21,552 nucleotides of DNA from Candidatus Eiseniibacteriota bacterium (GTDB lineage Bacteria; Eisenbacteria; RBG-16-71-46), in contig JANLWX010000094.1 of the NCBI GenBank assembly GCA_031364845.1, forward strand, positions 1 through 21,552. The letters are read 5' to 3'. How positions within the stretch are numbered: position 1 is the stretch's first letter; each line of letters begins with the position of its first letter. Below, one piece after another: positions 7,493 through 15,949 of this stretch. Under the pieces are notes generated by a model. It did no database searches. It was given only the letters and a program-made list of their open reading frames with translations, and was not told where the DNA came from. A program made the translations under genes and the position numbers.

Positions 7493-10400
7493 TTAGGCGG
7501 TCCCCTTCGGACGTGCAGCGGAGTCACGTTCTCCTGTGAACCCGGCGAACCGCGTACGAATGAACTCTCGTGCGCTGTCAGCGGAGAGTTTCACGGTCCC
7601 AGGGCCGCTCCTGACGAAGAAGTCGCCGTCCGCAACCGCTTCGACTCCCATCCACTTCAGGAAGACTGGTTCCGGGCTTCGTTGGCAGCTCACGAGGCAA
7701 ACAGTCCTTCCTTGCACGGCCTGCGTCTTGGGATCGATGCAGGTTCCAGCCCTGTCGCCCAGGCCGTTCCGAACCACCTGCGCCAAGTGCCGCATGAACT
7801 TGTCGTCGCTCTCCAGTTGGTCTCGCTCGATGCCGACGATCGAGCCGTCGTCGGCCACCCCGAGCAGGAGGTCACCGCCCTCAGTGTTGAGGAACGCGGC
7901 AATGGTCTTGAGCACGGCGTGCGTGACGCCATTGTCATCCCGCCGGTCTTCCCTGAGGCTCCAGCGCAGCGTGGACTTGAACTCCAGCGTCTTCGACTCG
8001 CCGGCCTTGATCAGCTCCTCGGCATTGCGGTGTGCACGCAGGTACTGGTCGAAGAGGAAATTCTTGATTGCATCACCGAAGGCGCGGTCGTCGGTAATGC
8101 GCTTGTAGAGATCGAAATTCGAGTCGACGATTTCCTGGATCACATGCTCGACCTTCTGATCGAAGGTGAGCCGCACGTTCTCGCGCGTGTTGACCCGGGC
8201 CGCCGCATCGAGCGCAGCATCGTCGTCGAGCTTCTCCATCATCTGGCCGAGCGTCACGCGGTGCTCAGGACCCAGGTTTAGCCCGAAGCGCTCGTTCAAA
8301 TCGGAGATGATCCGGGAGAGCGTCTCCAATTCCTCCGGAGTGACGCCGTGCCCCTGCTTGGTGCTCACGGGTTCGAGCACACCGGGCCTGCGCTCCAGGG
8401 CGATCTTGCCGCCGCCCGTCTGCTGGATCCGGTACGACTCCATGTCGATGTTCTGCTGCACCTCGCGCGGCAGTTCGGCCGGGTCGGCAGGGAGGAGTCG
8501 GCGGAGGTACCGCGCGAAGACGTAGAGCTTCTCGAGATCGGCGTCCGCAAAGGTCAGCACCTGTGCGAGGAACGCGTATAGCCGCACGTAGTCGGTGAGC
8601 TGCCCACGAAAGTCGGGCTGTTCCTCGGGTGGGAGAAGCCGAAAGCGTTCGACGACCGGGGCGAGCACGGAATAGAGCCGGTCCTGGGTCGCCTTGGGAT
8701 CGAAGTACGCCTTCGCGAAGGCATCCACGTCTGCCTCGTTGTAGATCGGAAAGGCGGCGAGGCGCGTTTGGATTTCATAGAGGAGATTCGGATCCGTCGC
8801 CTCGGAGAGCAATGTCGACTCGTAGTAGGGCTCAAAGGCAGCCCGGATCTCGTCCGACTCGTTGGCGAAGTCGAGCACCATCGTGCCCTTTTTCTCCGGA
8901 GGCAGCGTGCGGTTGAGGCGCGAGAGCGTCTGCACCGCGTTCACGCCACCGAGCTTCTTGTCCACGTACATCGTGTGGAGCAGCGGCTGGTCGAAGCCGG
9001 TCTGGAATTTGTTGGCGACGATCAGGAAGCGATATTCGGAGCGCTCGAAAGCCTTGGCGGTCTGCGATTCGCTGATCGCCCGAGGTTCTCCCACAGAGTT
9101 CATCTTCGTCTCCGTGTAATCCTTCCCGCCGTCCTTGACCGTGCCGGAGAAGGCGACGAGAGCCTTGAACGGAAAGCCGCGTTCGGCCAGGTACTTGTCG
9201 ACCGCCTGCTTGTAACGCACGGCGTGCAGGCGCGAACGAGTGACGATCATCGCTTTGGCCCTCCCGCCGATTTCACCCTGTACGCTGGCAGCGAAGTGCT
9301 CGACGCAGATCCTCACCTTCTCGCCGATGGCGTGCGGGTGCAGCTCTACGAACGACTTGAGCAGGTACGCTGCTTTGTTCTTGTCGTAGTGCGGATCGTC
9401 TTCGACTTTCTTGAGCAAACGCCAGTACGCCTTGTATGTGGAGTAGTTTGCCAGCACGTCGAGTATGAACTTCTCCTCGATCGCCTGGCGCATGCTGTAG
9501 AGGTGGAAGGGCTCGAACTTCCCGTCGGGTCGCTTCGTGCCGAACAGCTCGATCGTCTTAGGCTTCGGCGTGGCCGTGAAAGCAAACAGCGACAGGTTCT
9601 TGACGTGCCCGCGCTTGATGGCCTCGGCGAGCGCCAGCTTGTCGACTTCGCTGCGGTCTTCCTCCGTTTCGTCCTCGGTCTCGGCGTCCTCGAGTGACCC
9701 GACGGAGAGGACCTCCTTCAAGGGCTTCGTGCCTTCGCCCGATTGCGAGGAGTGCGCCTCGTCCACGATCAGAGCGAAGCGCTTGCCCGGCAGCTCACCA
9801 ATCTGCTTTGCGATCACGGGAAACTTCTGCAGCGTGGTGACGATGATCGTCTTGCCCGCCTCGAGCGCCTCTTTGAGCTGGCGCGAGGTAGTATCGATGT
9901 TCTCGACGACCCCCAGCGTTTGCTCGAACTGACGCATCGTGGTCTGGAGCTGGCGGTCGAGGATGCGCCGGTCGGTGATGACGACGATCGAGTCGAAGAC
10001 GCGCCGATCTGCCGAATCGTGGAGCGTGGCGAGCTGGTGGGCGAGCCAGGCGATGGTGAAGCTCTTGCCGCTGCCGGCCGAGTGCTGAATCAAGTAGCGC
10101 TGTCCCGGGCCCTTGGTGCGCGCATCGGTCACGAGCTTGCGCACGCAGTCGAGCTGCTGATAGCGCGGGAAGATCAGGAAGCGCTTGCCGGTCTTCTTCC
10201 CCTTCTCGTCCTCCTCCTCGACTTCGTGGATGAACTGGCGCACGAGGTCGAGCACGCTGTCGCGTGACCAGGTCTCTTCCCAGAGATAGCCGGTCGCGTA
10301 GCCGCTTCGTGTGGGAGGCACGGGCGGGTTGCCGGCGCCGCCGAACTTGCCCTGGTTGAGCGGCAGGAAGCGCGTCTTCGGACCGGCAAGCTGCGAGGTG

Positions 10401-11068
10401 ACGTAGACCAAATCGGGGTCCACCGCGAAGTGCGCGAGGCAGCGTCCGTATCCGAGGAGCGGCTCGCGCGGGTCGCGGTCGGTCATGTACTGGCGAATCG
10501 CGTCCTCGACATCCTGGCCGTTGAGCCGGTTCTTGAGTTCGGCGGTGAAGATCGGGATACCGTTCAGGAATAGCACCAGGTCGAGGCTCTTCTCGTTCTT
10601 CGTGCTGTAGCGGACCTGGCGCACAGCGGAGAAGAGATTCGCCGCGTGCAGCCGCCGCGTCTCCTCGTTGAGCCCGCTCGCGGGGCGGAAATAGGCGAGC
10701 CGGAATTTACAGCCAGAATCCTTGATGTCGCCGCGCAGAACGGCGAGCGCGCCGCGCCGCTCGATCTCGGCGGCGAGGCGCTTGAGGAACTGCTCGCGGA
10801 CCGCCGGGCCGTGGTGCTGCTCGAGCTTCTTCCACTCCTTGGGCTGCGTCGCGAGTACGAAGTCCACCACATCGCGTGGCAGCAGGCAGAGGGAACGGTC
10901 GTAATCCTCGGGCTTGCGTTTGCGGTAGCCACCCGCTGGCGTGTCGCCATACGGCGGTGGCGTTTCGCTGACGGCACTCGCCTCGCCCGCGCAGGCGTCC
11001 GGGCCGTGCTGGAGAAGTCCGCACTCAATCGCTTCCTCGAATGAGCGTTCGGAGATCTCGGGGCTCAT
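7493..11068 (-). CDS. hsdR: Type I restriction enzyme R subunit fused to a C-terminal Schlafen/AlbA_2 domain
   Basis: Nuclease motif LDLVLFLNGIPIFTAELKN, Walker A HSAGSGKS, DEAH, FTATPK, NKFQTGFDQP, VQTLSRLNR. The last ~170 aa (GESKTLEFKS...KTIAAFLNTEGGDLLLGVADDG...FFVRSG) match AlbA_2/Schlafen. Confidence 0.95.
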   Translation of the reverse strand: MSPEISERSFEEAIECGLLQHGPDACAGEASAVSETPPPYGDTPAGGYRKRKPEDYDRSLCLLPRDVVDFVLATQPKEWKKLEQHHGPAVREQFLKRLAAEIERRGALAVLRGDIKDSGCKFRLAYFRPASGLNEETRRLHAANLFSAVRQVRYSTKNEKSLDLVLFLNGIPIFTAELKNRLNGQDVEDAIRQYMTDRDPREPLLGYGRCLAHFAVDPDLVYVTSQLAGPKTRFLPLNQGKFGGAGNPPVPPTRSGYATGYLWEETWSRDSVLDLVRQFIHEVEEEDEKGKKTGKRFLIFPRYQQLDCVRKLVTDARTKGPGQRYLIQHSAGSGKSFTIAWLAHQLATLHDSADRRVFDSIVVITDRRILDRQLQTTMRQFEQTLGVVENIDTTSRQLKEALEAGKTIIVTTLQKFPVIAKQIGELPGKRFALIVDEAHSSQSGEGTKPLKEVLSVGSLEDAETEDETEEDRSEVDKLALAEAIKRGHVKNLSLFAFTATPKPKTIELFGTKRPDGKFEPFHLYSMRQAIEEKFILDVLANYSTYKAYWRLLKKVEDDPHYDKNKAAYLLKSFVELHPHAIGEKVRICVEHFAASVQGEIGGRAKAMIVTRSRLHAVRYKQAVDKYLAERGFPFKALVAFSGTVKDGGKDYTETKMNSVGEPRAISESQTAKAFERSEYRFLIVANKFQTGFDQPLLHTMYVDKKLGGVNAVQTLSRLNRTLPPEKKGTMVLDFANESDEIRAAFEPYYESTLLSEATDPNLLYEIQTRLAAFPIYNEADVDAFAKAYFDPKATQDRLYSVLAPVVERFRLLPPEEQPDFRGQLTDYVRLYAFLAQVLTFADADLEKLYVFARYLRRLLPADPAELPREVQQNIDMESYRIQQTGGGKIALERRPGVLEPVSTKQGHGVTPEELETLSRIISDLNERFGLNLGPEHRVTLGQMMEKLDDDAALDAAARVNTRENVRLTFDQKVEHVIQEIVDSNFDLYKRITDDRAFGDAIKNFLFDQYLRAHRNAEELIKAGESKTLEFKSTLRWSLREDRRDDNGVTHAVLKTIAAFLNTEGGDLLLGVADDGSIVGIERDQLESDDKFMRHLAQVVRNGLGDRAGTCIDPKTQAVQGRTVCLVSCQRSPEPVFLKWMGVEAVADGDFFVRSGPGTVKLSADSAREFIRTRFAGFTGERDSAARPKGTA

Positions 11069-12459
11069 GCGACCTCCTCCCGCACGTCGATCTTGCCCGT
11101 CACCGCGGCGGAGATGAGCGCGGTGCGGAGTTCCTTGAGGCGCTCGATGGCATCGCAGACTTTGGCAGCGAGGGCGTCAAGCTTGGCGACATGCCGCGAC
11201 ACCTCGCCTTGAATCTGAAGCATCTCGTCATGTGGAGGTACAGCCATGACAAGATTTCGGACGTCCTCTCCTGAAATCTTCCAGATTCCTGAGGCCGTTT
11301 GCGCCAGTAACTCGATCTGAAATCGGACTGCAGCCGAGTTCAAGCTGTTCACAAGAAACCAAGGGGTCACGAGGCGTGATGGCCGAACTCGGATCAGTAT
11401 GTCAGGATAGATGCAGCCCATCGGGGGCTCTTTCTTTAGGATCCCAACGCGGCCGACGACTTTCCGACTGCCGCTGCCCCTGAGCAAGAAGATGTCTCCA
11501 ATCGCCACAATGTATGGCTGAGCTTCTCGCTGCTCCAACATCGTGTACTTAACGTTTTCATCAATGAGCACTTCGCCATCGTTTACCGCAGCTGTCGAGA
11601 ACGTTGGGACATTGCCCACCGGTCCAATCGGAGGCGAAATACCGTTCCGCGGTCGAGCACTCAACGCATGACGGAGTCTCTTGAGTTCCCAATGCGCCGG
11701 AATCTCCCCCAGCCACTCGACGCCGGAGTCCTTCATGGGGACGTTCGCGTCGAGGCCCTTAGTGACGGCGCGGGTGACGAGGGCGGCACGACGCTCCTGG
11801 AGCAGATTGATTAGCCGCTCCTTCTTCACCACCAGTACATCGATTCTCGCCGTCTCTCGGTCGAGGAAGGCGGCGATGGCGCGTTGCTCGGGCTCCGGCG
11901 GGATCGCGAATACTCCGGTAGCAATAGCATCACCGCCAAGGCCAAATCGAGTGATGCCGTTGGCCGCCACCTGAAACTGATCTCGTGGGCCAACCGCGCT
12001 GAAGGCCCTGGCCAGAAACGGTCCGTGGTAGGTACGCTTCGGTCTGATGTGCGCTAGGTGGTATCCACACAGGACACCTGGCAAATCCTCGGCAACGACC
12101 GCCGGCACGGCGATGTCAGTCCAAGACTCTGAGTCTTTGGTGATGAGCACGTCACTTTCGCAAAGCGTGAACTTGCGCACTTGCTCCGGCGTCGCTGTAG
12201 CGGCCATGAAGTCCAAGACGGCTGTAATGCGCTCGTGGTAGTAGACGTCTGTGTAGTTGCAGAGGCGCACCGGCTCTTGCCCGTCGAGTGACTTCTTGTC
12301 GACGTTGCTGAGCTGAACCGCGGCGATGGTCTTCAAACGCTTCGGGACCCAATGCGCCGGAATCTCCCCCAACCACTCGACGCCGGAGTGCTTGTACGAC
12401 GGATACGGCTTGAACCGCCGCCGCGCTTCCGTCCCGTCGGCGTTCTTCGCCCCGCTCAT
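11065..12459 (-). CDS. hsdS: Type I R-M specificity subunit (two TRDs)
   Basis: Repeated conserved blocks YKHSGVEWLGEIPAHW / MKDSGVEWLGEIPAHW, PPEPEQRAIAAFLDRETARID, and C-terminal RTALISAAVTGKIDVR. Confidence 0.95.
   Translation of the reverse strand: MSGAKNADGTEARRRFKPYPSYKHSGVEWLGEIPAHWVPKRLKTIAAVQLSNVDKKSLDGQEPVRLCNYTDVYYHERITAVLDFMAATATPEQVRKFTLCESDVLITKDSESWTDIAVPAVVAEDLPGVLCGYHLAHIRPKRTYHGPFLARAFSAVGPRDQFQVAANGITRFGLGGDAIATGVFAIPPEPEQRAIAAFLDRETARIDVLVVKKERLINLLQERRAALVTRAVTKGLDANVPMKDSGVEWLGEIPAHWELKRLRHALSARPRNGISPPIGPVGNVPTFSTAAVNDGEVLIDENVKYTMLEQREAQPYIVAIGDIFLLRGSGSRKVVGRVGILKKEPPMGCIYPDILIRVRPSRLVTPWFLVNSLNSAAVRFQIELLAQTASGIWKISGEDVRNLVMAVPPHDEMLQIQGEVSRHVAKLDALAAKVCDAIERLKELRTALISAAVTGKIDVREEVA
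11688..12389. repeat. 42-bp direct repeat inside hsdS (11688-11729 and 12348-12389), 41/42 identical
   Basis: CCCAATGCGCCGGAATCTCCCCCA[G/A]CCACTCGACGCCGGAGT occurs twice, 660 bp apart, encoding SGVEWLGEIPAHW before each TRD. Confidence 0.9.
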
Positions 12460-14306
12460 GACGCCGCCTCCTCGTTCAACAGCTCGGGGATCCAGATCCG
12501 CTCGGCCATCTGTTGGTAGAGCACTTGCCGCGCATCGAGGTCAGACTTCTTGAACTTCACATGCGCGCGGAATGGCAGTTGGCTCTCCCCTATGAACCGT
12601 CGGAAGCCCGGGTTGTGGTCGTACGCGCGCTCATGAAGGCTCTTCGCGAGCAGATTTTGCCCGATGTAGTGCTCGCGCTTCTCGGAATACGGCAGATCGC
12701 CGTAGCTGGCGTTGAAGCTCTTGGGTAGGAGCAACAGGCCGCCGATCCGGTTGCGGTATTCCTGGAACTCGCTCGGGTGGGCGAACTCGTCCGTGTGCCG
12801 TTCGGGATGGTCCGCCCAGACGTGCTCGATCTCGTAGCCCTTACGGCCACGCTGGGCATACTCCGCATAGCGCGACGCCATCCCCGATTGCGTTTCCATG
12901 TAGTCCGTCATGCGCGCGAGCAGGCGATGGATCTGGCGGCCGTTCATTCCATGTAGCCGGAAGCGGTCGTTGCCGGCGAAGGTCTCGGCTTCGGCATCGA
13001 GTCGCTCGCGCAGCAGGGCAGCGAGATCGGCGGCGCTCATGCCGCGAATGTCTCGCATCACGAGGAACATCTGGTACTGCATCGTCGAGTAGTCGATCGC
13101 GCGCCAGTTCCAAATGCGGCGGTGGATCAGGATGTCGAGGTACGCCGTCACGACGCGGATCTTGCGCAGCACGGCGGCCTCGCCGTCCTCCACGCGAAGC
13201 GGCGCCAGCAGCACCGGGTACTGGAGCGTGAAGTTGTGCTGGGCGTTGAAGTGGACGCGCTCGAGCCCGGGTGTCAGCGTCTCCGCTGCCTGGCGCAGGC
13301 GCACATACCAGCCGCTGTAGAAGGCGAAGTCACGCTCGATGAAGCGGGCGAACTCGGCGCTGACGTCGAGACCGAGGCGGTCTTCATGGTCGCGCACCCA
13401 GCGGTGGAATTCGGTACCGATCAGGTCGAAGTCCTGTGGTGCTGCTCCACGCTTGCGTTCGCGGATGCTCTCGGCGTACTGGCTGCGTAGCCACGACTTG
13501 ATGCCGTCGGCGTCCTCGTCCTTGCCGAGATCGGCCAGTGCCTGCACCCGCTCCTTCCAAGTACGGCTCGCGCGCGTGCGCCTCTCGGCGTCGGTGATGT
13601 TCGCCAGCAGGTAGCCCTTCAGCATGTCCGCGGGTGTGAGCGAGAGTCCGCGGTCGTTCATCGTCTCGAAGATGGTATAGGCGTCGCCATCGGAGTATGC
13701 CGTGATCTCGACAAGGTGCACATTCTCAACTAGCCAGTCTACGAAGTATGGGAGCGCCGGGCCGGCGAGCTCTTCGGGGAAGAGGTCGTCCAGGTCGGCG
13801 AAACGCGCCAGGATATTGGCGATCGACTCCGGCGCGTCGGCATCAACGAACTCCTCGCCCTTGTAGAGCGCCTCCATGCAAGCGGCCCTCTCGGGGATGT
13901 CGAGGTTGAACGAGCGCTTGCCGAACTTTTGCGAGAAGATCAGATCGGCGATCTGCCCTTTCTGCTCGGTGTCTGGGAGCTTGTGATGGAGGAAGATCAG
14001 AAGCAGGGTCAGCGTGGTCAGACGCTGTTGCCCATCGATGATGAATTTCTGGCCGTCCTTGTCGCTGACGATGATCGAGCCGAGGAAATAGTGGCCGTAC
14101 TCGGCCACCGCGCTGCGCTCGTTGCCGTCCTCATGGCTCTCCAGGAACTTGGCTGCGAGGTCTTCGAGCAGCTCGGCGACCTGTTTCTGCTGCCACTTGT
14201 ACTCTCGCTGGTAGTAGTCGATCGAGTACTTGCGACCGGCGAGCAACTCGCGGACGGTGCGGCCCTTGCCGTCGATCTCGCGGGAGGGATGTTGTGTGTT
14301 GCTCAT
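12456..14306 (-). CDS. DUF262 (ParB/Srx-like) + DUF1524 (HNH-like) protein, GmrSD/SspE-family putative modification-dependent nuclease
   Basis: N-terminal YQREYKW, YFLGSII, IIDGQQRLTTL, IFETMNDRGLSLT; C-terminal YEIEHVW...NRIGGLLLLPKSFNAS...YSEK. ATG14306 overlaps the upstream TGA. Confidence 0.9.
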   Translation of the reverse strand: MSNTQHPSREIDGKGRTVRELLAGRKYSIDYYQREYKWQQKQVAELLEDLAAKFLESHEDGNERSAVAEYGHYFLGSIIVSDKDGQKFIIDGQQRLTTLTLLLIFLHHKLPDTEQKGQIADLIFSQKFGKRSFNLDIPERAACMEALYKGEEFVDADAPESIANILARFADLDDLFPEELAGPALPYFVDWLVENVHLVEITAYSDGDAYTIFETMNDRGLSLTPADMLKGYLLANITDAERRTRASRTWKERVQALADLGKDEDADGIKSWLRSQYAESIRERKRGAAPQDFDLIGTEFHRWVRDHEDRLGLDVSAEFARFIERDFAFYSGWYVRLRQAAETLTPGLERVHFNAQHNFTLQYPVLLAPLRVEDGEAAVLRKIRVVTAYLDILIHRRIWNWRAIDYSTMQYQMFLVMRDIRGMSAADLAALLRERLDAEAETFAGNDRFRLHGMNGRQIHRLLARMTDYMETQSGMASRYAEYAQRGRKGYEIEHVWADHPERHTDEFAHPSEFQEYRNRIGGLLLLPKSFNASYGDLPYSEKREHYIGQNLLAKSLHERAYDHNPGFRRFIGESQLPFRAHVKFKKSDLDARQVLYQQMAERIWIPELLNEEAAS

Positions 14307-15247
14307 GTGAGCGGCTCCTGTGCAGGCGTCGATGCAGTCCATGGACCAGCAGGCTGCCATCTGCCGGTGAGTGTGTCACCCGCCCCCAGTGAGGCCCATA
14401 CCGGGCCAAGGAAGTTCTGGAGCACTTCACCGACGACGCCGAAGTCCGCCGGTGCGCCGGGCATAGCATTGCGGGTGAGGTAGGCGCGCCACTGCCCTGC
14501 ACGAGCGCCGTCGGCGTAGAAGCGCGGCGCGAGGGCTGCGGGAAGCGCGGCGTCGATCTTGGTTCGGCGGCGCTCGAATGTCGCCGCGATCGACCTTGCG
14601 AGCGTTGCGCCATCGAACGCGAACTGTCGCGCCAACACGTGGAGGTCGTAGAAGTCCTTGTAGCGACTGTTGAGCTCGCCGAGCACGACCATCGCATGGA
14701 GCTTCTCGGCGACCACGGCCTCGTGCGGGTATGCACGGATGCGTGGAGCGGGTGCGTCGAGGAGTGTAGGGTAGTCGGCGTCGGTCGCTCCTGGCTCAAT
14801 GGCATTGCCGAAACCGATGTCGATCTGCATGCGAATCTGCGCGCTGCCGAGCCACGCCTCGAACACAATGCGGACTCCGCCGTACTCAGCTTCTTCCCGG
14901 ATGGGTTCCGTACGCAGGGTCGTAGCGTCGAAGGACATCCCGTCCTCCGGAGCGCTAACCAAGCAGATTTCCCTGATGCGATCGAGGACCGCTCCGATCT
15001 CGTTGCTGCCGTAGCCGGTGAAGTCGAGATCGCGCGTCGGCCGGTAGACCGAGCCTCCCCAGAGGGCGAAGAGCAGCGCACCCTTGAGTACGAACTGCTC
15101 GCGGTGTGGGGACTCGCCAAGTCGGTAGAGGAACCGCTCTGCGGCGTAGCGCTGGAGGATGAACTGCCGGTCCTCCCCACGGGCGAGCGCACCATTGAGC
15201 AGGCGCCTGTGAATCGAGGCGGCCAGGTTGCTCAGCGGACGGCTCAT
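14303..15247 (-). CDS. abiEii: AbiEii/AbiGii-family nucleotidyltransferase toxin (type IV TA)
   Basis: QRYAAERFLYRL, FVLKGALLF, RPTRDLDF (G...DxD motif), IQ/MQIDIGFG, VAEKLHAM, NSRYKDFYDL. ATG15247 overlaps the antitoxin TGA. Confidence 0.92.
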   Translation of the reverse strand: MSRPLSNLAASIHRRLLNGALARGEDRQFILQRYAAERFLYRLGESPHREQFVLKGALLFALWGGSVYRPTRDLDFTGYGSNEIGAVLDRIREICLVSAPEDGMSFDATTLRTEPIREEAEYGGVRIVFEAWLGSAQIRMQIDIGFGNAIEPGATDADYPTLLDAPAPRIRAYPHEAVVAEKLHAMVVLGELNSRYKDFYDLHVLARQFAFDGATLARSIAATFERRRTKIDAALPAALAPRFYADGARAGQWRAYLTRNAMPGAPADFGVVGEVLQNFLGPVWASLGAGDTLTGRWQPAGPWTASTPAQEPLT

Positions 15248-15852
15248 GGTGCGAGCGCTTCTAGATAGGCCCGCATCACGGTGCGGGCGCGGCACACCTC
15301 TGCGGCGCGCACGATCTCGCTTACGGTGGTGATCCGGGAGCGGACCGCCTCGCGCAGGGCTTCCATCGCCACGTCGATTCCCACTTTGTTCCGGTAGCGG
15401 AAGCAATCGACGACGGTTCTGGCGGGCGAGGTGATCGAGACAGGGACACCGAGCATCGGGCGCTGGAGCACACCGTAGGTAAGCATCGCGCCGGAAAAGC
15501 GCACGATGCGCAGGCGGGTGGGAACCCGCCTGGGCTTGCGGGCTTTGCGATCGAGCGCGATCCAGACCTCGTGCGGCGACTGCGTACCGATCCCGTGGAC
15601 GCGCAGCGCGGTGAGCAGGCAGACGATAGCGTTGGGAGCGGCGGAGGCCACCATTGCGATGGTCTCGAGCTCGTTCGGCTCGACTTCGGCGAGTCGATAG
15701 ACACCGCCACCGAGGTTCTCGACCGTGCCCTCGGCGGCGAGCCGCTGGAGCTGGCGGAACGACACGCCGAGCGAAAGGAGGTCGCGTGGCCGGAAGAAGG
15801 CTCCGACCCCCGCGGCCTTCAGGCGTGCCTTGGTCAGCGATGGCTTATCCAT
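15244..15852 (-). CDS. abiEi: AbiEi-family antitoxin / transcriptional regulator (N-terminal wHTH)
   Basis: FRPRDLLSLGVS...LQRLAAEG.V..LGGGVY, IVCLLTAL..HG..TQ.PHEVWIA, TSPARTVVDCFRYRNKVG.DVAMEAL. It lies directly upstream of abiEii. Start taken at ATG15852. Confidence 0.9.
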   Translation of the reverse strand: MDKPSLTKARLKAAGVGAFFRPRDLLSLGVSFRQLQRLAAEGTVENLGGGVYRLAEVEPNELETIAMVASAAPNAIVCLLTALRVHGIGTQSPHEVWIALDRKARKPRRVPTRLRIVRFSGAMLTYGVLQRPMLGVPVSITSPARTVVDCFRYRNKVGIDVAMEALREAVRSRITTVSEIVRAAEVCRARTVMRAYLEALAP

Positions 15853-15858
15853 TGCCGG

Positions 15859-15888
15859 ACGGTAATCGATGTCGGCACATCCATGCAA
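15859..15888 (-). promoter_or_regulatory. Putative internal promoter for abiEi (likely leaderless transcript)
   Basis: TTGCAT (15888-15883), an 18-nt spacer, TACCGT (15864-15859), then 6 nt to ATG15852. No Shine-Dalgarno is visible. Confidence 0.55.
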
Positions 15889-15946
15889 GTGCCGACATTT
15901 GGCGGCGCCGCCGGGGATGTCGGCACATCCCACCAAGTGCCGGCTT
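15869..15946. promoter_or_regulatory. Two tandem palindromic operators (probable AbiEi binding sites)
   Basis: IR1 is ATGTCGGCAC-N10-GTGCCGACAT (15869-15898, perfect). IR2 is ATGTCGGCAC-N10-GTGCCGGCTT (15917-15946, 2 mismatches). The period is 48 bp and the spacers are similar (ATCCnnnCAA). Confidence 0.8.
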
Positions 15947-15949
15947 CTG

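Noticed and set aside
11065..12459. Phase-variable hsdS shufflon (inverting type)
   Set aside because: The repeats are direct, not inverted, and there is no recombinase or extra TRD cassette in the window.
15868..15942. Repeat pair as a mini CRISPR array
   Set aside because: There are only two copies with a ~21-nt gap and no cas genes. Their position over the abiEi promoter fits operators better.
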